DNA from: Gammaproteobacteria bacterium
GTDB lineage: Bacteria; Pseudomonadota; Gammaproteobacteria; SZUA-229
Direction: 5' to 3'
Assembly (NCBI GenBank): GCA_022712755.1
Contig: JAFLJY010000220.1
Span: 1-42,481, forward strand
DNA length: 42,481 nucleotides
Shown piece after piece: positions 25,020 through 33,084 of this stretch. Position numbers and translations under genes: made by a program. The notes under the pieces are model-generated. The model made no database searches. It saw nothing but the letters and a program-made list of their open reading frames with translations, and was not told where the DNA came from. Numbering within the stretch: position 1 is the stretch's first letter; the number at the start of each line of letters is the position of its first letter.

Positions 25020-28000
25020 ATGATTGCTGCTATTTTACGTTTTTCACTTATTCAGCGACTGATGGTTGTGTTAGTCACGCTGGGCATTTCTGCCGCCGGT
25101 TTATGGTCGTTTAAAACCTTGCCGATAGATGCCTTTCCGGATATTTCTGCGCCGCAGGTGCAGATTATTGTCAAGGCTCCCGGTATGTCACCCAGCGAAG
25201 TTGAACAGCGCATTACCTTTCCGATAGAAATGGAAATGCAGGGCATTCCCGGACAAACCGTGCTCCGGTCAACAACCAAATACGCACTAAGTGTGATCGT
25301 TGTCGACTTTGAAGATGACATGGATATTTACCTGGCGCGTAACCTTGTTAACGAGCGACTTAACCAGGTGTGGGATGCGTTGCCGGCCGATATTGAAGGC
25401 GGCCTTGCGCCCATTACCACGCCACTGGGTGAGATATTTATGTATCGCATTATCGGCGATAGTGGCAGTAATAACTACAGTAATCAGGAATTACGCAGCT
25501 TGCAGGACTGGGTTATCCGTCCGCATTTGCGCAAAGTGGAAGGCGTGGCCGATGTCAATTCACTGGGCGGTGAAGTGCGTAGCTATGAAGTGGTGATCAA
25601 ACCAGAAACCCTGGTGAAACACGGTATTAGTATCGATGAAATCGAGCATGCACTGCAGGCCAGTAACCGTAATGCGGGCGGTGATCGCATCAACCGTAAC
25701 AATGAAGTCTTACTGGTGCGTACTGTTGGCAAATTAAACGACATCAACGACATCAAAAATATACCGGTACGCACACGTTATGGTGAACCGATACACATAC
25801 GCGATGTCGCTGAAGTGCGAATTGGTAGCATGACCCGTTATGGCGCAGTGACTGCTGATGGTGAAGGTGAAGTTGTCACCGGGCTGGTTTTATTACGCAA
25901 AGGTGCAAACAGTTTGCAGACGGTCGCCGGGGTCAAAGAAGCACTGCAGTCATTAAAAACAATTTTACCTGAAGGTATTAGCATCGAAGCCTTTTATGAT
26001 CGAACCGAGCTGATTACCAAAGCCGTATGGACGGTGGAAAAAGCACTGGCTGAAGCAGTGATACTGGTGTTACTGGTGTTGATTATTATGCTGGGTGACA
26101 TCCGCAGTGCGTTAACGGTGGCATTGATTTTGCCGTTAACCGTATTATTTACTTTCATCATGATGAAGCAGTTTAATGTCTCGGCCAACCTGATGTCACT
26201 GGGCGGGCTGGCCATTGCCATCGGCATTCTGGTGGATGCTGCCGTGGTGGTGGTAGAAAATATCCACACCCATTTCAGCAAAGCGCCAGCCGGGGTTAAT
26301 AAACTGCATCTGGTTTATCGTGCGGTACTGGAAGTGTCGACCCCCGTTATTTCCGGTATTCTGATTATTGTGGCGGTATTTCTGCCGCTGTTTAGTCTCA
26401 CCGGGCTGGAAGGCAAAATGTTTTCACCGTTGGCCATCACCATTACTTTTGCCCTGATTGGTTCCCTGGTCATGTCATTAACCGTGATTCCGGTGTTGGC
26501 CAGTTTCTTTATGAAATTGCATGTGCAAAAAGACTCTGAGGAACAAGTGAAGGAGACGGATGGTCATTTGATGCGGCTGCTGAAATTCATTTATTTACCG
26601 GTGATGAACTGGGCATTACGTTATCGAAAAATAGCAGTCGGTTTAGCGCTGCTGGCACTGTTTGCAACCGCCAGCCTGTTTCCGCATATTGGTAAAGAGT
26701 TTATGCCAGTCATGGATGAGGGCAGTACGGTTATCCTGCTAGAAAAAGACCCCAGTATTACCCTGGAAAAATCACTGGCAATGGACGCGCCTATTCAACG
26801 GGCTATGATGGAATTGCCGGAAGTGATTGGTGTAACCTCACGAACCGGCGCTGACGAATTACGCATGGATCCCATGGGTTTGCACCAGACCGATAATTTT
26901 CTGGTGACAAAGCCACGCGAACAATGGACTATTTCATTACAGCAATTCCAGCAAAATTTGCGTGAAAAACTGTCCCGGTTCGATAATGTGGATTATGCCT
27001 TTAGCCAGCCCATTGATATGCGGGTATCAGAAATGCTAACCGGTGTGCGCTCTGCGATGGCCATCAAACTCTATGGCGATGATCTCACCGTGCTGGAGCA
27101 AAAAGCCATCGAAATTGAAGCGCTGGTGAATAATGTACCGGGTGCTGTCGACGTATTTCGTGCCGATATTTCAGGGCAGAAATATTTACAGATTGACATC
27201 CATCAGGATGTGATCTCCGGTTACGGCATCCATGTTGAAGACATTAACCAGCTGGTGGAAATTGCAGTTGGTGGTCGGGTGGTTACCGAATTGCTGGAGA
27301 ATAATCGTCGTGTTGGCATCCTGCTGCGCTATCAGCAGGAGGATCGCAGCTCGCCCGAAGCCATCAAAAAGATGCTGGTGAGTCTACCCAATGGCACCAA
27401 AGTGTCGTTGGGTCATCTGGCCGAAGTATCGGTAGTGGATGGGCCGGTGCAGATTATTCGAGAATCGGCCAAACGGCTGGTGGTCATCCAGTCAAATGTC
27501 GAGGGCCGCGATGTGGTCGGTTTTGTCGATGAGGTGTCTCGTAATCTAGAAGAAAAAGTGACGCTGCCAACGGGCTATTACGTGACCTTTGGTGGCCAGT
27601 TTGAAAATCAGCAGCGTGCATCAAACCGATTGGCGCTGGTAGTGCCTGTCGCCATCGTGCTGATTTTCTTTATGTTATTTACCACCTTCCGCTCACTGTT
27701 ACAGGCAGGCATCATTATTCTGAATATCCCGTTTGCCATGATTGGCGGTGTTATCAGCCTGTATTATTCCGGGCTTTATCTATCGGTGCCGGCATCGGTA
27801 GGTTTTATTACCCTGTTTGGTGTGGCGGTACTTAACGGCGTGGTCATGGTGAGTTACTTCAACCAGCTTAGACAAAGCGGTCTGAGTATTCAGCAATCGG
27901 TAAAGCAAGGGGCAGAGCGACGATTAAGGCCGGTATTGATGACCGCCATGATAGCCAGTTTTGGTTTGTTGCCGCTGCTGACCGCGACCGGCCCAGGCTC

Positions 28001-28166
28001 TGAACTGCAGCAACCACTGGCGGTCGTGGTGATTGGCGGTCTGTTTACCTCAACCATTCTGACATTAATTTTACTGCCAGCACTGTATGCCTGGGTAGAA
28101 GAAGCCCTGGAAAGGCGGGTACTAAATAAAAGCATAGTAGAGAAAGAAGAGGAAGTTTCAGCATGA
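25020..28166 (+). CDS. Heavy-metal efflux RND pump (CusA/CzcA family; TM4 motif of CusA type)
   Basis: 'MIAAILRFSLIQRLMVV...' start at the ATG 25020, after GGAGG. The 24975 track start is an in-frame extension into the OMF gene. 12-TM, two-large-loop layout. TM4 reads 'LGGLAIAIGILVDAAVVVVEN'. Confidence 0.9.
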   Translation: MIAAILRFSLIQRLMVVLVTLGISAAGLWSFKTLPIDAFPDISAPQVQIIVKAPGMSPSEVEQRITFPIEMEMQGIPGQTVLRSTTKYALSVIVVDFEDDMDIYLARNLVNERLNQVWDALPADIEGGLAPITTPLGEIFMYRIIGDSGSNNYSNQELRSLQDWVIRPHLRKVEGVADVNSLGGEVRSYEVVIKPETLVKHGISIDEIEHALQASNRNAGGDRINRNNEVLLVRTVGKLNDINDIKNIPVRTRYGEPIHIRDVAEVRIGSMTRYGAVTADGEGEVVTGLVLLRKGANSLQTVAGVKEALQSLKTILPEGISIEAFYDRTELITKAVWTVEKALAEAVILVLLVLIIMLGDIRSALTVALILPLTVLFTFIMMKQFNVSANLMSLGGLAIAIGILVDAAVVVVENIHTHFSKAPAGVNKLHLVYRAVLEVSTPVISGILIIVAVFLPLFSLTGLEGKMFSPLAITITFALIGSLVMSLTVIPVLASFFMKLHVQKDSEEQVKETDGHLMRLLKFIYLPVMNWALRYRKIAVGLALLALFATASLFPHIGKEFMPVMDEGSTVILLEKDPSITLEKSLAMDAPIQRAMMELPEVIGVTSRTGADELRMDPMGLHQTDNFLVTKPREQWTISLQQFQQNLREKLSRFDNVDYAFSQPIDMRVSEMLTGVRSAMAIKLYGDDLTVLEQKAIEIEALVNNVPGAVDVFRADISGQKYLQIDIHQDVISGYGIHVEDINQLVEIAVGGRVVTELLENNRRVGILLRYQQEDRSSPEAIKKMLVSLPNGTKVSLGHLAEVSVVDGPVQIIRESAKRLVVIQSNVEGRDVVGFVDEVSRNLEEKVTLPTGYYVTFGGQFENQQRASNRLALVVPVAIVLIFFMLFTTFRSLLQAGIIILNIPFAMIGGVISLYYSGLYLSVPASVGFITLFGVAVLNGVVMVSYFNQLRQSGLSIQQSVKQGAERRLRPVLMTAMIASFGLLPLLTATGPGSELQQPLAVVVIGGLFTSTILTLILLPALYAWVEEALERRVLNKSIVEKEEEVSA

Positions 28167-28468
28167 AAAAATTATCCATCGTAGTGCATACATCACTGCA
28201 GCAGGAACTGGCTGACTGTTTGCGTAGTTTGAAACTGGACAGTTTTGTGTTTAGTCATATTGAGGAGCACAGTTCACAGCTAAAACAGGATGTTTTTTTA
28301 TCGGCGCGAGATAAAGTAGTAGGGTATGTGCCTAAAGTGCGCGTTGATGTATTGCTGGAGGACGTACGGGCTAAGAATTTACTGGATGAGCTTCGTGGTT
28401 CAAATATATCGTTCGCTGGCAAGGGTATCTATTGGATTTCAGAAGTGGATGAATCGGGCGAGTTGTAA
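28163..28468 (+). CDS. Small cytoplasmic PII/CutA-like protein (DUF3240-like)
   Basis: 101 aa. ATGA overlap with the RND stop. A 'KLSIVVHTSLQQELADCLRSL' beta-alpha start suggests a ferredoxin-like fold. From memory, this family commonly follows czcA-like genes. Confidence 0.6.
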   Translation: MKKLSIVVHTSLQQELADCLRSLKLDSFVFSHIEEHSSQLKQDVFLSARDKVVGYVPKVRVDVLLEDVRAKNLLDELRGSNISFAGKGIYWISEVDESGEL

Positions 28469-28517
28469 CGCAGGAGTGTTGGCTGAGTGATAATTATTTG
28501 TGGTAAACCCCAATAAT

Positions 28518-28782
28518 TCAGGCTGCCATCCTGCGGTCTCTGGTGGTCAGCCTTCTGTCAATAGTATATCTGCGAGACGGGCCATTGTAATTATGGTCAC
28601 CGTCTCCCCGGCGCTCACTATCTGGACGCCTACGGTTCAGGTTCATTTTTCGAGCATGGCTTTTTGAGGATATGCCATCTTGAACGCGGCGATTATGTAG
28701 TGGCTCGACTGTTGCAGTTTCCTCCATCCTTTTACCAGAGGGGTTTATTTTCGTGCCTTTGTGGGTGAAGTTTTTATCCATG
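28518..28782 (-). CDS. Hypothetical small Arg-rich basic protein
   Basis: The likely start 'MDKNF' (ATG at 28782) has AGGA about 8 nt upstream; the track start is 28802. Composition is biased: 'NRRRPDSERRGDGDHNYNGPSRRYTIDRRLTTRDRR'. Confidence 0.35.
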
Positions 28783-29234
28783 TTGTATGTCCTGCCTATC
28801 ATTATTTCAGGAGCGCTGCTATTTCATTTGCTTATGTGCTAATAGCGAGGTATTACAACAAAAATCAGCCGTATGAATTAATACATTCAGTACGATTGAT
28901 ATTAGTCCCTCAACGCTATATCAGAATTAAATAACATTATTTTTAAATAATAGCCCCACTTACATTCAAAACAAAGCCCTCATAGGCTATTTTTTTATGA
29001 AAGGCATTAATATCCAGTGCATTAGGCAGCTGCAGTAGATTTAATTGATTAATTTAGGTTTAAAATCATTGGTGGTACATAGGCAGAGAGTGCTACGTTA
29101 AATCAAAGTCCCGTTATCACTAAGACGTGTCGTCTAAAGTATTTTATTTTCTTCTGATTTTTTGACTCTAATCAATGCTCTCGCATCTACTATCTGCATG
29201 CTTATAAATGTAGCGTTTAATAAAACATGAGAGA

Positions 29235-29726
29235 ATGATTATGAACGACGTCCAGCAAAAGATTACCACTTGCGCAACTTTGCTAAGTGAAAATATTAAT
29301 GAGAAAGAGTGTAAGGTGCTTGCGGCCGTGTTTCAGTTACAAAAACTTGCTGCGGGTGACATTCTGTTGCGTGAAGGTGAACAGGATGATGCGTTATACA
29401 TCGTTATTGATGGTGACATCATGGCAACGCGTGACGCGGGTGGTGATCAGCATGTTACTTTACATCATCTGAAGCCTGGTGATATTGCGGGTGCGATGGG
29501 GTTTATCGATGGTAATAGTCATTCGGCGACACTGTGTGCAAGCCGGGATTCGCATGTGCTTACATTGCATCGTGATGCACTTGAAGGCATGGTTGATGAA
29601 CATCCTCAACTGGTTTACAAAATGATGAAGATGATTGTGCGCTCTGTTCATCAGACACTCTTGAAAATGAACCGGCAATTTGTCGAAATGAATAACTACA
29701 TCATGAAGGAACACGGTCGGTACTGA
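29235..29726 (+). CDS. Stand-alone cyclic-nucleotide-binding (cNMP/CAP effector) domain protein
   Basis: 'ILLREGEQDDALYIVIDGDI' and 'GDIAGAMGFIDGNSHSATLCA' are cNMP-binding beta-roll motifs. At 163 aa there is no room for a DNA-binding HTH. Confidence 0.8.
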   Translation: MIMNDVQQKITTCATLLSENINEKECKVLAAVFQLQKLAAGDILLREGEQDDALYIVIDGDIMATRDAGGDQHVTLHHLKPGDIAGAMGFIDGNSHSATLCASRDSHVLTLHRDALEGMVDEHPQLVYKMMKMIVRSVHQTLLKMNRQFVEMNNYIMKEHGRY

Positions 29727-29798
29727 CGATATATATTGCCGCCGGGTTAATAATATGCCTGTAATTTAATTTGAAAGTTCAATACTGCGCAGGTTTTA

Positions 29799-31721
29799 TT
29801 AAACTGGCTCGTCCAGCAATGCACGCACCTGTTGTATCAGTTCCGCCTGACTGTATGGTTTGCTGAGCAGGTTGGCGTTAAAACGTGCCTGTCCATTGTG
29901 GGCAACGGACTTTTCTGTATAGCCTGAAGTAAGTAGAACCTTGAGTTCTGGATACTGCCTGGTAGCCTGTTCGGCCAGTTCATAACCGTTTATGCCGCCT
30001 GGCATCACAATATCGCTGAACAGAAGCTTGATAGAAGGCTCTTCGGTCAGTTTCTCCAGTGCCTGATTACCATTTGTAGCAGTTATAACTCGATAGCCCT
30101 GTTCTTGCAGTGACTCTTTGGCCAGTTCCAGCAGGTCAGCTTCGTCGTCAACAGCCAGCAGGGTTTCGATACCACGGGGTAGTTTCCCGGTTTGTATTTT
30201 AGTTTGTTTATCTGGCAGATTTTCAGCCTCTGCTTTTGGCAGGTAGATTCTAAAGGTGGTGCCGATGTTCGGCTCGGAATATACCTTGATGTGGCCTTTG
30301 CAGCGTTTAATAAAACCAAACACCATGGCTAGCCCCAGCCCCGTGCCTTTACCTTGTGCTTTTGTTGTGAAAAAAGGCTCGAAGATGCGATTCTGTCGCT
30401 CGCCTGACATGCCTTCACCGTTGTCGCTTACCGCCAGTTGCACGTATTCACCAGGATTTGCGCCGGGGTTGAGTGAGCAGTAGGCGGCATCCAGATAGCA
30501 ATTTTGTGTTTCAAGTGTGAGCTGACCGCGCCCGCTCATGGCATCACGGGCATTTAGAACCAGGTTGATAAGCGTATCCTGAAAATCTCCAGTATCAATA
30601 GCTGTCAGCCAGAGATTCTCGGCAAAATGGAGTTGCACCTCCACCTGTGGCGTGACCGAGCGGGATATCAGATTTTCCATTTCCTGGATAATCTGGTTGA
30701 TATTGGTTACGGTTACGTGCTCGGCCTGACGGCGTGAAAAACCCAGTAACTGGCTGGTTAGATCAGCAGCGCGTTGAGTGGAATTCTGGATGTTTTCAAT
30801 CCTTTTATGCGCTTTGTCGTCACCTGCAGTCTGGCGTTCAAGTAACTCCAGGTTGCCCTGAATAATGCATAGGAGATTATTAAAGTCGTGGGCAATGCCG
30901 CCGGTGAGTTGGCCGATAGCGTCCATCTTCTGAGAATGGCTAAGGTTTTTTTCTGTTTTCCGCAATAATTTTTCTGCTTCTTCGCGACGCTGTGCCATAG
31001 TATTGTAGGTAGTGGCCAGTATAGCCATTTCATCGTGGCCATCAACGTCCAGCCTGTAGCCGAAGTCACCCCGGCTAAATCGTTCACTGGCCTTCAGCAA
31101 GCGAGTCAACCCCGTATTTAGCGACCGTGTTACCGGCAGAACCAGTACAGCTATAAATATCAGCATAAGCAGGGGCAGTGCCAGCAACAGCATGCCGCCA
31201 ATAAAATCCTGCCGGCGTGATTGAGCCCCTAGACGCTGATGAATCTTGTGAATTTCGACCAGTAAATCCTGTTGCGCCAGTCGTATCTGGTTACCCAGGC
31301 GGCGCTGTAGTTCATGGCAGGAGTTAGTTGTATAAACAGCGGACTTTTTCGTGACTTTTTTCTGTTGGCAATTTTCATGGGCCTGTATATAGGTATTAAA
31401 TCGTTGGCCAATTTTTTGGTGCTGTTTTTTTAGAATGGGATAAGTCGTTTGCTCATGCAATGGCGAGTCAGTGATTTTTTTGCCCAGATTATTATAGATG
31501 ATTAGCCACTGTTTGGATTGAATGCGGATCTGGGCATCGTGCAATAGATCGATAGTGATAATATTTAGATTTACTGCTTCTGTTTGCAACTGTTCTACGG
31601 CATCTTCTCGGTGGTTCTGTTTTTGTATGGTTAGATGTTCTAGCCAGGTGACGATTGCGGTTAGAACGACGACGAAGACAGCACCTGCAGTCAGCAGTTT
31701 GAGTTTTGAGCGAATCATCAT
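29799..31721 (-). CDS. Hybrid sensor histidine kinase (TM-sensor-TM-HAMP-HisKA-HATPase-REC)
   Basis: H-box 'LTGGIAHDFNNLL', N/G boxes 'LNARDAM' and 'GTGLGLAMV', and a C-terminal receiver 'LLAVDDE...LFSDIVMPG'. Confidence 0.85.
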   Translation of the reverse strand: MMIRSKLKLLTAGAVFVVVLTAIVTWLEHLTIQKQNHREDAVEQLQTEAVNLNIITIDLLHDAQIRIQSKQWLIIYNNLGKKITDSPLHEQTTYPILKKQHQKIGQRFNTYIQAHENCQQKKVTKKSAVYTTNSCHELQRRLGNQIRLAQQDLLVEIHKIHQRLGAQSRRQDFIGGMLLLALPLLMLIFIAVLVLPVTRSLNTGLTRLLKASERFSRGDFGYRLDVDGHDEMAILATTYNTMAQRREEAEKLLRKTEKNLSHSQKMDAIGQLTGGIAHDFNNLLCIIQGNLELLERQTAGDDKAHKRIENIQNSTQRAADLTSQLLGFSRRQAEHVTVTNINQIIQEMENLISRSVTPQVEVQLHFAENLWLTAIDTGDFQDTLINLVLNARDAMSGRGQLTLETQNCYLDAAYCSLNPGANPGEYVQLAVSDNGEGMSGERQNRIFEPFFTTKAQGKGTGLGLAMVFGFIKRCKGHIKVYSEPNIGTTFRIYLPKAEAENLPDKQTKIQTGKLPRGIETLLAVDDEADLLELAKESLQEQGYRVITATNGNQALEKLTEEPSIKLLFSDIVMPGGINGYELAEQATRQYPELKVLLTSGYTEKSVAHNGQARFNANLLSKPYSQAELIQQVRALLDEPV

Positions 31722-32752
31722 CTGGGTTTAATTCCTATCAGTCCGACTGCATAAGGTATAGCTTCCTCGAGTGGCGTAGAGTTGATTCGTGTTAGAAAAT
31801 CCGGTATCTGGGTGTCGCTCTGCTTATCTGGTTTGATCAAACCAGTGGTTACAGCCCACTGCGCTTCTTCCTGAAGGGTAATCAAAAGCCCCTGATTAAG
31901 GGTAACCGACAAGCGCATATCTGACAATAATGAGGCGACAGTTACCTGTGGTAACTGGAGTTTTCTGGAAATTATTTGCAGAGCTTTGTCAGGGTTCTTA
32001 TCTGCATAATTCGCCCCTTTGTTCAGTGCAAACAGAATTTTCCGTATAACGCCGGGATGGTTGTTATCGAAGTCTGCCGTACCCACTAAATTATAAGATT
32101 TGGTATAAAGCCCCGGCACGCTGAATTCTACAAGTTTATCAATACCGATTAGTTTTTTTGCCTGAGAGAGGTAGGGTTCGCGCATTGAAAAGGCATCGAT
32201 ATCACCTTTAGTCAGTGCTGCAGGCAAGTCTTCTGCCTTCATGAAGCGAGTACTGGTGCTGGTCGAGTCCAGCTGATAATAAAGCAGGAAACTGCTCAGA
32301 AAAAAATGTACAGCTGAACCTTGCTGGGTAGCGATGGTCTTGCCACGAAGGTCTGCCGGTTGATTGATGCCGTGGTCACGGCGTGCCAGTATACGGAGTT
32401 CATTATCGCTTTGCCCCATGCTGGCATACAGGCGTAGATCATCACGTTTGAAACTGGCGATAACAAAAGGTGTTTCCGCAGTGACGGCCAGCTTTACTTC
32501 ACCTCTCAGCATCGCTGCCAGCGCCCGCTTGCCACTGGGGTGGGCGTGTAGATCCAGTTGGATGCCCTGTTCCTCGAAGAATCCAAGATCATCAGTCAGC
32601 CAGATGAGTGAAGCCTGCGTGGACTGGGGCGCGCCCATAGAAATGCTTTGCAACGGTGGCTTGTTATCACAGGCGCTTAGCCATAAGCTGCTAAAGATAA
32701 CGAGTATTGCTGGATAAAAACGTAGGGGAAAAGTTGGCTGATCCTTGTTCAT
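31718..32752 (-). CDS. Periplasmic solute-binding protein (NMT1/SsuA/TauA-like) translationally coupled to the kinase
   Basis: Signal/lipobox-like 'LWLSAC'. Type-2 PBP-like length. 4-bp ATGA overlap with the kinase start. Confidence 0.7.
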   Translation of the reverse strand: MNKDQPTFPLRFYPAILVIFSSLWLSACDNKPPLQSISMGAPQSTQASLIWLTDDLGFFEEQGIQLDLHAHPSGKRALAAMLRGEVKLAVTAETPFVIASFKRDDLRLYASMGQSDNELRILARRDHGINQPADLRGKTIATQQGSAVHFFLSSFLLYYQLDSTSTSTRFMKAEDLPAALTKGDIDAFSMREPYLSQAKKLIGIDKLVEFSVPGLYTKSYNLVGTADFDNNHPGVIRKILFALNKGANYADKNPDKALQIISRKLQLPQVTVASLLSDMRLSVTLNQGLLITLQEEAQWAVTTGLIKPDKQSDTQIPDFLTRINSTPLEEAIPYAVGLIGIKPR

Positions 32753-33084
32753 ATTGGGAGAGGATTCCTTGTATTATAGTTCTTCTACGTTGTCGAATTT
32801 CATATTAGAGTACTACATAAATATAGCATGAGAACTTAGCTATCACTGAGTTTTACCCGTTTCCAGTAGAGAAAGTTTGATATATGTCATTGAATGGCGG
32901 CTTGATGGTGATTAATATCCGTCTACGCCCCTTTATTTTTTGCTGAGCAAGACTGTCGGTGTTTTCGCAGGTTTCAGCATTAGTAGAGTTCATATGGATT
33001 GATGAGGTTAACCTTATGTTATCGAAAAAATAGTTGCGTACAAACACGTGCTAATACAGTGCGTTTAACAGGAATTGCGTTGAA

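Noticed and set aside
32853-33047. 64-aa minus-strand ORF in the divergent region between the binding-protein gene and the PAS kinase
   Set aside because: No convincing RBS or recognisable features. It lies where the two divergent promoters are expected.
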